A stretch of 63,574 nt of DNA, filler included, from Intoshia linei (GCA_001642005.1; 10 parts of 10 records of this genome joined end to end with filler, not necessarily neighbours in it); one strand, 5' to 3'; counted from the whole stretch's first letter, positions 38,801-52,085 are shown. Translations and numbers: made by a program. The notes: a model not told the origin generated them from the letters alone.

Positions 38801-41800
38801 TTATGAAAAATAATAAAAAACAACACAATTTTATTAATTTCCATAATTTAGAAAAAATACATGAAATACTTGACAGTATTCCAAGCGATGCAAGACTATG
38901 TAAATTATTTAACAAAATTAAAAAATGAAGGATTAAAAAAAATAAATTTAAAAACCTCAAAAATTATAGCATTTGGAGGATCATATGGTGGAATGTTGGC
39001 TGCTTATATGCGAGTATATTTTCCACAAGTAATTGACGCTGCATTAGCTTCGTCGGCTCCAGTTAATCAATTTTTAAATGTAAAATATTTAAAATTTTAT
39101 CCAGTTGTAACAAAATCATTTCGTTATTTTGGTGGTGATTCTTGTGTTAAAATGATTCAAAAATTTTGGAAGGTTTTGGATAAAATCTTTGACCATGAAA
39201 ATGGTAATTATAATTTTAAATTTATTAATATTAATTCAATGCAGGTCCACGTTTGATACAAAAAAAATTCAATTTATGCAGCAAAATTTCCAAATTGAAT
39301 CTTAATGATATATTGACGGAACAGTTGGTAGAATCAGCCATGTTCAATTATGATACTAAGTCAAGAATGATGAAAAACTTACCTGCTATGCCAGTTAAGG
39401 TAAAATCTATTTTATTTATTAGGTATTATTATTTACATACATACAAATAGATGTGGGTAGAAAATTCACTTTTTTTGGGTTTATTTAATTTGTAATTTAT
39501 GACAATCTTTATGATTTTAAAAACTTTTTTTATCAACTATCCCACAATTTATAAAATTTTAGAAATTTTTTCATTTTTTAATAAAAGGGTATTTTGGGGT
39601 TGACCGTGAAGATATAAGATTTTGAAATTGAAATTTATGATAATGTTGATGATTTTAAAATATTTATCAGATTTTGTATTTTTTATAATTCTAGAACTCA
39701 TTTGAATTATTGGAATTTTTGCCTTGAACGACTCAATTTCTAGAAATTAAAAATCGGCCTCGGCAAAGCTAGCTTAGCTAGCTGCTGTACATAGTACATA
39801 AACTTAATTAACTGAATTAATGATCAAAATTACTGTAATGCTTTTAACATCTAGGTTCTATGTGATAAAATAACCAATAAAAGTGAAACAGAATTTGAGA
39901 CAATATCGAATGAAACTATACTGGATCGTTTTTCAAAAGTATTTCAAATGTGTTTCAAACAAGTTGATGGGTGTATTGAGTTGCATCCAACTGAATCCAA
40001 GTCATCTGGATATGTTTGGTCATATCAGGTTTGTATTAAAAATTTATATTTAAATTTTAATTAGGTTTGTTCCGAATTGTCAATTCCTTTGAAAACACCA
40101 CTAATAAATGACACAATGTTTCCAAAAATTATCTTCAATTGGGAAGATTTTATGGATCAATGTTTTCAAAGATACAATGCTACTTTCAATTTAGAAAATC
40201 AAGTCGAATTATACGGAACTCAAATTTTTGATGATGTTGAAAATATATTTTTTAGGTCTCATATTATTTACACAATGTTATTAGATATTAGACAACCTTT
40301 TATCATCCATAAAAGAAATCATTGTAACTGCCAAAAATATATTTGATTATAATTATATAAATTACCATTTTGTTGCCATTTACTTTTAACATTATTATTT
40401 TGCTAAATTTTAAAAAATTTAACATCTATACAAGTGATTCCCAACCTGTGGGTATTTACCCACGAGTGGGTAATTTGATATTTTTCATGGATAATCGCGA
40501 AATTTATTTTAAAAAATAGGAATTTTTCATTTTTTTTTGATCATATGCACAGTGTGCATTGCACAGTAACGTATTATATAATTTTTCCTAAATGGAATAA
40601 TGTAAATAATAAAAATATGTAGTCATGTAATAAATGAATCCTTTATTTCTAAAAAATTGGATTGTGTGTGTTACAGTTTATTTAAAAATTAACAGTCGTA
40701 GAATTAATTTATTTTTTGCAGGTGATGTTTGTGTTTAGTTTTTATTAAAGTTTTATTTCCCAAAATTGAGTCCTTAATCGTCAAAAACTTAATCCCCCCT
40801 TTTTTTTAAAAATTAAATCAACCCAAAATTTAAAAAAACATAAATTCTGGGATAGTTATTAAAATCATAAGTATTGTTATGAATGACAACCTCAAAAAAG
40901 TGCATTTTCACGATATAAACTTCATATTACCTTGTTTTAAAAAATGAAAATAGCCCTATAATTTTTTTAAAAAATTGTTGAAAGTTATATTTAAATCCAA
41001 TTAACGAACACAAAAATTTGAATCTGACAAACTGATGCCTTCTTCATCAAAAAAGCAATTTAGTATTAATTTTTTTAATTTGGAAACTTTTTTTATTATT
41101 ATCAAAAACGTAATATTTTGACTATACGTGAAAAAAATTATAAATGGTTTTCATCTTATCTTAATCCGACATGTCGCGACAGTCTCAGAAAGTTAAAAAC
41201 AAAAAAATTCCATATCTTTAATTTTTTTTTGTTACAGCGAGTAAGATAGATTTAACTGTTAGATATTTACATCTTTACCGGCATAAACAAAATTTACTCT
41301 CGTCTTGAAAAATAAAAATTTAAATATTCTTCCTACCATTTCAAAAAAAATCAGGAATTATTTTACATGTGTATTTTGTGAAATTAGTTTTTTAAAAATT
41401 TTTATTCAATTATTAATTCAATTATTCAATCTATTAAAAAATCTATATGGCTTTTATTCTAAAACTTTGGTCATCATATATGCAGTTAAAAAAATATTGT
41501 TGGTAATATTAAAATAAGTGCTATACCATGGGTACTACAGTAAAAAAGGTAGGGAAACACTGCTTTATCGATCGTTCATTATTTAAAAATTAAAAATAAC
41601 TAATTGCAGTGTTAATAGAACAGTTCATTATACGATAATTTTGGTATACTTAAGAAATTTTCCTACACTACTTATTAATACACTTAAAAAGTAAGCCTTA
41701 ATGATTGTATAACCGGGTTATATGGCCCCTATCCCCTTTTCACGACTCTGCATACAACTGGTTAGAATTTAAAACTCTAGGAAAAATATAATGTAATTTT

Positions 41801-42111
41801 TTACAAAATTGCAAAGTATAATAAATTTTAAATTGGATTAATTCTAGAATAATATTGTGTATGGGTGGATGTATTAATTACTTGTTTGGTGAGTTTGATA
41901 AAATTTTTAATAAAAAATATTTAGTCATGGAACTTTGGATCCCTGGATTACAGGATGCATTAATTCAGATGATAAACATTTTAAAAGTATTCAATATTTT
42001 ATAAAAAATGGAGCACATCATTCTGATTTACGAATTTCGAAAAACGACGATATTATGGCTGCTCAAAGTGTTGAGTTGGAATGGATGGAAAATATTATTA
42101 ATTCACATTAA
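35828..42111 (+). CDS. PRCP: Lysosomal Pro-X carboxypeptidase / DPP7 family (peptidase S28), multi-exon, 5' end lost at gap
   Basis: Motifs LDH, ILFYAGNE, VVFMEHRFYGHS, YLTVFQAMQDY, FGGSYGGMLAAYMR (Ser), ASSAPV, WSYQVCSE, GTLDPW (Asp) and GAHHSDLR (His). The frame ends IINSH* at 42111. Confidence 0.92.
37850..38440 (-). mobile_element. hAT Buster/Charlie deletion derivative in PRCP intron with perfect TSD
   Basis: Ends are CTGTGTTTACCAACC and GGTTGGGAAACACTG. TSD ATGTATAC lies at 37842-37849 and 38441-38448. The internal peptide ALLPFPSS..AECGFSA...NRLQISKRGDLQLKLT is a Buster transposase C-terminus. Confidence 0.88.
40431..41562. mobile_element. hAT MITE (family of 14542) containing a Helitron-like insert, in PRCP intron
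   Basis: The left end is near-identical to 14542-14630 and the right end is GGTAGGGAAACACTG. About 40660-41100 is the reverse complement of the Helitron-like body. Confidence 0.7.
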
Positions 42112-42349
42112 ATACTAATTATATTTTTAATTGACGTAGTATTCATATCATGATACTCGAGTAATTTTCTAATTAATCTGTGAAATTTTGACTTTTCCGA
42201 CTTATATTTGCCTTTGAACTATATTTTTTAATGTTGCTATCCGCGAAATTTGTACAATTTATTTTATAGCCCTTACTCGCCATGTGTTTGGACCACCTTG
42301 TTCTAAGTATTTTATGATCAAGTTTAAACTTACAACTATTAGTTTAAAT

Positions 42350-42605
42350 CAGCGTTTCTCAAATGCTGGTCCGCAGACTAGTACTGGTCCGTAAAAAAAT
42401 TTTATCCATCCGTGAAATAAATTTGAAAAAATTAATTTACTGATTAGTAGTCAATTTATTTATATATTAAAAATAATTATTATTATTTATTTATTACAAT
42501 TTTCAAAAAAATTTTTTTTATGTCGCATAGTTATATCGTTTTAGTCGTCCGCAATAAATATTGTAATTTATTACCGCCTCCGTTAAAAAAAGTGTGGGAA
42601 CCCTG
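42350..42605. mobile_element. hAT MITE
   Basis: Ends are CAGCGTTTCTCAAA and GTGGGAACCCTG. Flanks GTTTAAAT / ACTTAAAT match 6/8. Confidence 0.65.
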
Positions 42606-42758
42606 ACTTAAATGATTCCAAACCATCGAAAAAAAACCAGATAAATTATTTGATGATACATCGTGTAATACTTCACCAAATATTAGATATAATTGATAAA
42701 ATTCAACAAGAAAAAAATCAATATGCCTATAATTGAAAATAATTGATTTTGTATGAAA

Positions 42759-43655
42759 CTAGGTTGACTGTTCTGTACTACGTACAAACATCACCTAGCT
42801 CTGCCGAGTGCATATTTTTATTCTACCAAAAAAATAAATTCACGTTGAAAATCTAACATAAAAATCCTACTATTCACTATTATTAATTATTTAAACGAGT
42901 TATTCCCAAACTTGTTTCAGATGGAACCGTCATATCATATTTTTTTTTACTTTAAAGTAAATTATTTCACATTTTTTGTTTTACATTGTTAACAAAATAT
43001 TTCGGAAAAAAATATATGAATACTAAAATGCTTTTTTGACCGTGAAGGCGTCACTTATTCCGAATGAAATGTTTTGTGTGTATTAACAGGATACAACTGT
43101 ACCACCTGTAAATTCTTTGAAAATTCTAGGACTACAGATTTTTTAATTTTTGAAAACAAGGTCAACTGGATTTTATCTTGAAAATGCACTTTTTTCGGTT
43201 TGTGATTGATAATAATGTTTATTATTTTAAAAACTATCCCACAATTTTTGTTGTGTAAAAATCTTGTACATTTTTCATTACTAAAAAAAGGTAATTTGTA
43301 GTTTTGACTATGAAGGTGAGTTTTGAGTCTAAAATTAATGATACTGTTAATGATTTTAAAAGAAAATATTCTTAAACCCAACCATTTTTACTTAAATCCA
43401 ACCATTTTTACTAAAATCTAATCCACTTTTACAAACCCCTAAAGAAAAAATCCCAATTTTACCAACCCTTATGGGAAAACCCACTTTTACCTACCTTTAA
43501 TGGAAAAATTCGGTTTTAAAAGCCCTTTAGGGAAAATTCCAGTTTTATTAACCTTTAAGAGAAAAATCCACTTTTACAAACCTCTAAGGAAAAATTGTAA
43601 ATTTTGATTTTTAGTAAGTAACACACACAGACATTCCATTTTATATTACAGTAAA
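42759..43655 (-). mobile_element. Helitron-like family copy with internal minisatellite
   Basis: CTAG at 42759-42762, a hairpin TGTTCTGTAC-TAC-GTACAAACA and CACCTAGCTCT(G/A)CCGAG are shared with 15437-15487. The conserved body and ACACACAGACA tract are present. Confidence 0.7.
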
Positions 43656-43966
43656 CTATAAACATTATCATAATTTGAGTTCATATTCATGTTCACATAA
43701 AAGAAAAACCATTGTAATTCCTTTATTACGATAAAGTCGTGTTTGTGGACTATAAATTGTGGTACTTGTGTATTACAAAAAGAAAGTATAATAATGGTTG
43801 TACCATATTTGTACTACAATATATGAATATAATATATTATAATATAATTGAAACTGCATAATTGAAAATAAACTATCCATGAAATCAATATCTATAGCTA
43901 TAAAATTAAATTTTAGAAATGTAACCCATATAACAAAGTTTTCTATTTTGCACACATTGAAATTTT

Positions 43967-46450
43967 ATGACAGAACTTTATACGTTTGAAATAAATCCTG
44001 GTCAATCAATTACAATAAAAAATGAAAATTTTGAAATTCTTTTGGGTAAATAATTTTACATGTTTATGAACTGTACAATGTATATAATAAATTTAGATAA
44101 AAATTTATACTGTATTTTTAATATCTATTTAAGTTTCAAATCTAGTTTCAAGTTTGAATTTTATTTGAATTCTATTATAAAATTCGATCAATATGTATCA
44201 AATATTGTCTGCATTATAAATTTCGCAAACGATGCGTTGTGTCGTATATGATACACGTATATCCCTATCCGCCATTTCAAGGGTCTTGCTTGACATTTTA
44301 AATGGTCGATAAATTTTAAATGACACACAAAATGGTTGATATTCGAGAATGTAATTTTTTAATTGCTCAATTTGGACAGTGAGGCCACGAAGAGTGTCTC
44401 GGTACGGTAGATACGGATCTGTATTTACCCTTGCAAAACTATTAGAATGTGTACTTTTTAATTCTAAGAGTTATTTTTTTAACAATTTTTAAATTTTAAT
44501 AATCTCCAATGCAGTCATTTACTTTTATAGGAATAATCACATTTTACTTTTTTTGAAATCAAATCATAATATCTGCATTAATCTAAGATACTGTAATATA
44601 TAATAGTAAATAATTATATTGATTACATGTGCCTTTCATGACTTGCCTATGAGATTCTTTGACCTAAAATCCATATTTACAGGTTAATAAACATGATTAT
44701 TTGTTAAAGTTAAAATGGTAAATTTAGGTATGACATTTAACGATGTGATTGAAAGTATAAAGCAGATGCACAACATAAAAAATGTAGATATAATATATAA
44801 TGAAAAGGTACCTAATGAATTTAAAAATATAGTAAAAATATTAAGGAAATGCTTATGGATGAAATTAATATAGACATGACTAACCAAGGAATATGTCTCT
44901 ATTTTGAACCAATTTTTCAACGGCTAAACCGAATAGAATTCTATGATTTTAGTAAAGTCATTTTATCGTATTGGTAAATTAACCATAGCACAGTATCATA
45001 ATTGTGCAGTCAAATTCTCATATACATGGTTGAAATGGCATTTTATGAACTATATGAATAATATTTTTTACATATTTACGTTTTTTTTAATTTTATTTAC
45101 TAAGATAGTTTTTTCTTATTTCTGTTTTATTTCTGGATTTCGTTTGTTGAACGAGAATTTGACTATATTATGTACCACATTTCACTTATTAATTTTACTG
45201 AATGTTAGTTCAAGCGTTTTCAGTAGAGCCGAAAATAATTTGAAAAGAAGTGTTATTGATGAACATTTTGGTGCGACCCATGAAGGAGAATACGACGATG
45301 AAAAAAAGAATTTTAAACTCAATTTTCGTGGTGTTCTTTTTGAATTTTTTTTGGATGTAATTATTCGTCATACTTATTCAAGAGTAATGTTAAGTAGCAC
45401 AGTGATAGATTCTTGCTGGTGCACGTTAATATATATAATATAATAAATACATTCTTCAAATGTATAAGTAAAACTGTAAAATAAGTAAAATGCCTTTTTA
45501 AATTAAATTTTTAATTTTACCACGAAAATCTGCTAAAGTGAATTAAATTAAATTGAATAGTCTAAAATGTAAATTGTATTTTACTAATTATTTAGAATGA
45601 AGAAGATCAATATTCTTCAATATCAATTGATCCCTATGAAAATTATCTCGCAGAAAAAATGTCAGTGTATCAAGGAAATGATCCGAATGATATCAAGTAT
45701 TTTTTCATATTTTGGATAATTTTTTTTTGAAACTTTTTTAACAAATTTATAGAGATTTACCTATCCCTAAAACAATGTTAGAAAAACAACCTTATTGTGA
45801 TTGGGTTAAATTAAAAAAAGACCCTAAAAATGGTTTCATTGGATTTGATATATGCATCATAGCTTTAGGTATTTTATTATACCCGAGAGTCCGGCAAATG
45901 TGTTTCACAATTTAAAAAAAATTAAAGACATTTAAAAGGGTCTGATTTTTACATTTTATGTATTAATCGTAATTTAAATGTACGAATCTTATGGTGATGG
46001 ATTCTTAAATACTCATAATAAATTATTAGCGTACGACAAATCTTACAAACTGGATGTTGTTCGAAAAATAAGAAATATTTATTTTGGAGATCACACTCAG
46101 GTATAATTTAAAAATTTATCATCTTGTTAAAAAATATGTTTTTGATTGCATTTAAAATTCATATAACCCTAAAACTACCAAAATGACAAAACGGATAATT
46201 TTGAGTAAAAAATTTAATTACAAATTCCTCGGTCGTAGTGCTAGTAATTTTAATTAGGTAGTTCTAGGGATAAAATATTTTTAATAATATTAATATATAC
46301 TGTACTTAGAAAATATTAAATTATTTGGGAATACCAAGCAAAATTTTTTATAAGACTGAGGATAAAATGAAAATTCATTCCAAAGATGGATACAAACTTG
46401 TAAAATCACAATTGGCGGATTATTTTTACAATTACTTTAATTTTGGAATG
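43967..46450 (+). CDS. PHAF1: Phagosome assembly factor 1 (C16orf70/UPF0183), multi-exon, 3' exons not visible
   Basis: MTELYTFEINPGQSI...FEILL|GMTFNDVI...IKNVDIIY; QGICLYFEPIFQRLNRIEFYD; IDEHFGATHEGEYD...FKLNFRG; IYFGD; FYKTEDKMKIHS...DYFYNYFNFGM. Confidence 0.92.
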
Positions 46451-46474
46451 GTAAATTTTATACATTGTACATAT

Positions 46475-47270
46475 TTTACTTATATAAAATAAAAGGGTTA
46501 AAAATGTATGCCTGTTTGTTAATTTGTTTATTTGTTTGTTCAGTTTATTTAAGAAAGTAAGATGAGTCTAGTTTTACAAATTCCATTTATCGCAAATTTA
46601 ATTTTCAGAAATTTTGTCCTTTAAGGTCAAAACACCCAATTATACTTTTTGTTAAAATGTAAACCCTGAATTTCATCCTAGAATTATAAAAAATACACAT
46701 TATAATAAAAAGTTTTAAATTCATCAATATTAAGATAATTTTCAATTTTAAAATCTAAAACTACAATAAAGCATAATCTAAAAGTAAAAACCTTAAATTA
46801 CCCTTAATTGTAAATATTAAGAAAAACCGAAAATTTTTATACAACATAAATTCTGGGATTGTTTTTAAATTCATAAGCATTATCATAAATGTTAACTTTA
46901 AAAAAGGTAATCTTCACTGTCATAAACCCAGATTACCCTTTTTTTTAAATGAAAACAACCCTAGAATTTTAAAAAAAATTACAACTCATACATTAATCTC
47001 CAGTTAACATGCAGAAAAAATTTTAATCTGACAAAGTGAGGTCTTCACGGTCAAAAAAGCATTTTAATATTCATTTTTTTTTATTGAGAAAATTATTTTA
47101 TTAAAACAAAAAATTTGAAATAACTAACGGTTGTACAATTAAAAAAAGAGATTATTCTGATACAGCTTATTCCAGTTGATATAAGTACAAACTTTCAATT
47201 GGATTAAAATTAAAAATAAAAAGTAAATAATCATCCTACAATTTAAAAAAAATGTATATTGAATGTATCA
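46475..47270 (+). mobile_element. Helitron-like family copy (opposite orientation), in PHAF1 intron
   Basis: Reverse complement of the family body (TTCTGATACAGCTTATTCCAGTTGATAT, CTTCACGGTCAAAAAAGCATTTT) with a TGTT-rich tract at the 5' end. Confidence 0.68.
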
Positions 47271-48164
47271 AAATTAATTAATTAAATTTATGCCATTAAA
47301 TTTTTTTAATTTTAATTATAAATAACAATTATTAAAGAATCAAAAATACATGTTTTTTGTAAAGGAAGATAATCTTACAAAATTACAAATTTTTTTAATC
47401 TTGGCGATAGTTAAAGAAAGGTTGAGATTCCCTGATATAGACAAACATTCCCATTTATAACCCGTCGCCTGTTTCGGAATTATAAATTTTACGCTATCAT
47501 AAATAGGACTTGATATATTAATATATATAATAATATAATGTATAATTTATATGTTGTGCGCAATGCGCATTGCGAAATCTTATAAAAAATACATTTGATT
47601 TCTAAAGTTGAAAATTTCTCATTCTATATTTGTGGAATGATAATTTATATATTAAAAANNNNNNNNNNNNNNNNNNNNNNNNNNNNNNNNNNNNNNNNNN
47701 NNTTAATTAATTAANNNNNNNNNNNNNNNNNNNNNNNNNNNNNNNNNNNNNNNNNNNNAATACAATTTTAAGACTTTTTAATTTTTACAAAAAAGGGTAA
47801 TTTGTGGTTTTGGCCGTAAAGATATTAGATTTTGAATTTGAAAATAATCATAATGTGGATGATTTTAAAATCTTGATCATACTGTATATTTTTTATAATT
47901 CTAGGACGAGTTTGAATTTAAAAAAATGACAATTAGGGTTTTTGAAGGAGTCAATTTCTGTAAATGAAATTGGCGATAAAACAACACTCTCGAAAAACTG
48001 TAATAGACGTATGGAATTTTTAAAACTGATGTCCTCTTACTTTTTTAAATAAACTGGAAAAAACAGGCAGACAAATAAATAAACAGACATATATTTTTAC
48101 TCTATATTAGTAAAGATTTCTAATTAAGATATCATATCAATACACAAATTGATACATGATATAC

Positions 48165-48227
48165 CAAGGACAGCTTAAATCTAATAATAATAAATAATAA
48201 TAATAATTAAGGTTTAAGCTGTCCTTG
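48165..48227. mobile_element. 63-bp miniature TIR element with 7-bp TSD (P/Galileo-like)
   Basis: TIR CAAGGACAGCTTAAA pairs perfectly (15 bp) with TTTAAGCTGTCCTTG around a (TAA)n core. TSD GATATAC lies at 48158-48164 and 48228-48234. Confidence 0.8.
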
Positions 48228-49329
48228 GATATACTTGTATTGTACTCATAAGTAAGGATAATAAATGTTATGTTATAATGTAATAGATTAGTTATAAAAT
48301 CTTGTGATTGTTTACAAATTATTTATACTACTTACTATTCTTACTACACTTACTATGAATTCAAAATTGGAATTTTATTATTTTTTATCTTTTCAAATTG
48401 ATTAATTTGATCCTTTCTTAATTAAGTTTAAGTGAAAAGTTCACTGAATGCAACAAAAAATGTATTTTTTTAAATTTAAATTATTCAAAATCTTTTAATT
48501 ACATTCGTGGGCCTCAAAAATTATTATTGTAACCGTTATACGATGATGGTTCGGGTGAAAATTCAAAACGGCACATTAATATTATTGATTAAATATTTAT
48601 TTTAAAATGATATTAACGATTATATACAATTTATATTATACATATTGATTAATTTATTGATTTTTCCGGTATATTAGTTTATTTAAATTATTTTAGTTGT
48701 CAATATTTTAAAGACTGTTATGGAATCTGTATTAAAAATTTTAACGCCAGAAGAATCTAAATTACCAAAATATAATGAATCTTTCCTGGACAATATAAGA
48801 GATGTTCTTTATTACATTCTTCAAAATTTTAAAGATGAAACCAGTAGCGCAATTAGTAATTATCCTGAAATAGGAATTCATTTGAAAAAAATAATTGTAA
48901 AAAGTAAACGAGATGCTTCAAAACCTTTAAAAAATAGGACCCATGCAAGTAAAATAAAATTAAAAAATAATTTTGAAAATTTTATACTATGATTTATTTA
49001 TTTGCTTTTTGTAAATTGAATATTAAACTTTTATCAATTTTTTCCTTTCTGAACCAATTTTCTTAATTCAGTAAAAGTTGGTTGCATGGAATAAATGTAT
49101 TGATTATTGATTTTTTTGTACATGCTTACATTATTTTAAACTAAAAATTTATCAACTTTTATATAATCATTATTTCAAGTATATGTGTGGTAATGTTACA
49201 ATATTTAAAATTATAAATGAATGGATTTTAATATAAAATTAAATTTGCAAGATGGGTTTGATTTCATAAAAAGAAGACTTAGTTCAAATGATTTGGTATC
49301 GTTTTGTTTTTCAAATTTTATTTTTTCAG

Positions 49330-51975
49330 AATAATTCTCAACCTGAAAGAGGCCGATACCAAATGAAACAAAATCAAAGTTCAAATAAAAATGTTCGTTC
49401 TTTTTCTGCAATTCGATCTGCCAATTCAAATAACTATGCTACACGAGGTAGCAATTCATTGGTAGATGTCAATTCAAAGAACTTTAATCCTGATTTAAGT
49501 TTAAGTTCGAACGTTCCAGCGGATATTGTGGCTGATAAAACAACGGTTAAAAAAAAGATCATTTTGTTTATTTCGGACAAAAATTTTCAATGGTATTGAA
49601 ATCAAATTATGTCATTAATATCAAAATTATAGGGATACTTACTTTAATACAGAAAAGGAAGATACATTTTATGATGTTATTCAGGTTGTTTGGAAATAAT
49701 CTTTCATTACTCTTAATTTAGACGACAATTGATAAATTTTGGAAACTAGTAGATTTTGACAAGAAAACAATTCAAATTCACGACAAGTTGATTTTTTCTG
49801 GGTCGTGCTAAATTATTAATTTTTAGAACCCACTGCTTGGACTTGATTATTTTCCAAATTAAACTGTGCTTGTTTATTCCAAAGTATATACGATTACTCT
49901 CATGTGTAGAAATGTCCAAAATAAATACTCTAAATTCTCCTACAGCCACTTTCAATATGAGTAATTATCAATGGAAGGTATATATTTGAAATAAACACTT
50001 ATTATTTAATTAATCAATGCTCATTATTTTTATTTTATAAATTTAGTACTCTCATCTATGTCAAATTAGAGAGAAAGTTACAGCTCAAGTTTTTCCATTA
50101 ATCAAGAAATCCTTTTCAAATGATGACAAATCGGTTCACTAAATAAAATGTTATATATTTTTAGTTTAAATATCCCATTCTTTTGAAAATTGTACATGAT
50201 GCTGACAAGATTGGAAAGGTTACTTTAAAAATCATTGTTTATTACATAATCTTAAAGATGGTTGTGTACAACTCCGAACAACATGCTGAAATTTGTTCAA
50301 CAATAGACAAAGAAGCTTGCGTCATACTTGAACCATTTATTGATAAAAAATGGGACTTTAAATTATACAAAATAGGATCCAAGTATAAAGGATTCACGTA
50401 AATTTATACATTATAATTTCATTCAACTTTAATTAGGCGAAAGACAAACGATCACTATTGGAATTATAGCAAATGTCAATGCACACTTGATAAAATTAAC
50501 ATTACTCCCAGGTAAATTAATTACTAAAATCTACTTTATTTCTCATTTAGATACAAATTGTGGTTAAATGAAATCAGTTTATTATTTGGTGGTTTGGATG
50601 TGGTTTGCGTGAAAGGTGTAATGTCGATGAACGGGGAATTGTATATTAATGATGTATATATTGATCTAAAAATTTTATAAATTGTTTAGGTTGAAGGTCC
50701 AGAATTCACAATGTATAATAAAGTAGAAGATTGCAAGGACATTGCAAATGTGATTAAGGAAAAAATAAAAAATTGTACAGAAAACAATAAAAAAATGTAA
50801 TGTTTATTATTTAAAAATGCTCATTTTTACTCAATAACACTTATAAAATAAATTTAAAATAAAAATAAGGATAGTTGGTGTTTTTTACCTTGAACATGAA
50901 ATAAATAGTAACAAACAAATGTATCACATAAATAAATAGACATACATTTTTACATTGTTGACTAAATTACTTTATAAGTAAGGATTATTCTTATAAAATT
51001 TTAATTATTTATTAACATATAATTCACATTAAATGTAAATAGTAAATTCCAAAATGTTATTCAAAGAATTGACAATGTAAAAGTTTGACACTAATTCATA
51101 AAATTATTAAAACGATAAACGGTGTTTCAAATTTCTTTTCGGTGGTCCTGAATGCTACTTATGTTGGACGTGTTAAAAATTACTGCTATAATCTATTCAA
51201 TAGATTGTATTGTATAAATTTGAATTAAAAAATGCAAAAAGGGAGCTACCCCGATTTTCTAATTCGAAAATCTAACTACAAATTAACACTATACAATCAT
51301 ATTTACAGTATTATAATATTAAAATTAGAAAATACGCCGATCCCGATTAATATTAATAGTAATCCGCCCGAAGTTTGCGGTCCGATGATCACTTTTATTT
51401 ATAACTTTTAATACCTTATTTTACACTAAAATTCTAAAACGAAAATTCATTCATCTATGAATTTTCTTCGAAATGAATTTATCAAGCTTGGCGGGAGTTT
51501 CGGTCCACATACATTAATAAAAGAAATGCATTTCCATAGACTATTCAAAGGATTTTGAATAAATCATTTAAAATGTCAAAAATGATTATTATTATAAAGT
51601 AGTTGGAAAATCATGTTAATTACTGATAAACGTTTAATTTAATGAATGGTTTTAATAGTTGAAAACCTTGATTTATAGTAATATACATTTGAGTGAAACA
51701 AGTATTTTAACATTTTATTTGAATTATAGAACTTTAATGATACCCGCTAGACCAAAAATTGCAAGACTTGAAAAAAGCAGTAACAGCGAAGTATTTGATC
51801 AAACTAAACCTCAACGGTATTGAAATGTATTTATTTTTTTATTTTTTTAAGAGCGATCAACAATCCCAAGAACAATTTTAAGAGTGTTGAAATAGCCAAC
51901 TCTCCTCTAAACAACGAAGACGATACAATGGATACACTACGAAAAACATTTGCAGGAATATTTGGAAATTTATAA
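49330..51975 (+). CDS. SYN: Synapsin (divergent C domain plus terminal E-domain exon); exon at ~48697-48947 may be a further 5' exon
   Basis: IILFISDKNFQW, NTLNS, FPLI, YPILLKI...GK, LEPFIDKKWDFKLYKIGSKYKGF, YKLWLNEISLLFGGLDVVCVKG and ELYINDV are present. The last exon ends EDDTMDTLRKTFAGIFGNL*, matching the invertebrate synapsin E domain. Confidence 0.9.
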
Positions 51976-52085
51976 ATGTTGTAAAAAATAAATAAAATTA
52001 ACGTGTTTAATACAATTAATTCTGTGAAGAATTACATACTCAAGGGGTACGTATCGTTAGTAGGTAAGTAAAATAAATAATAAAA

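Noticed and set aside
44943-45443. 166-aa membrane-like ORF
   Set aside because: Chimera of PHAF1 introns and one real PHAF1 exon (FGATHEG). The hydrophobicity reflects AT-rich intron sequence.
47559-47574. Perfect 16-bp GC-rich palindrome CGCAATGCGCATTGCG
   Set aside because: Isolated, in a repeat-rich intron near a gap. Nothing supports a regulatory or RNA role.
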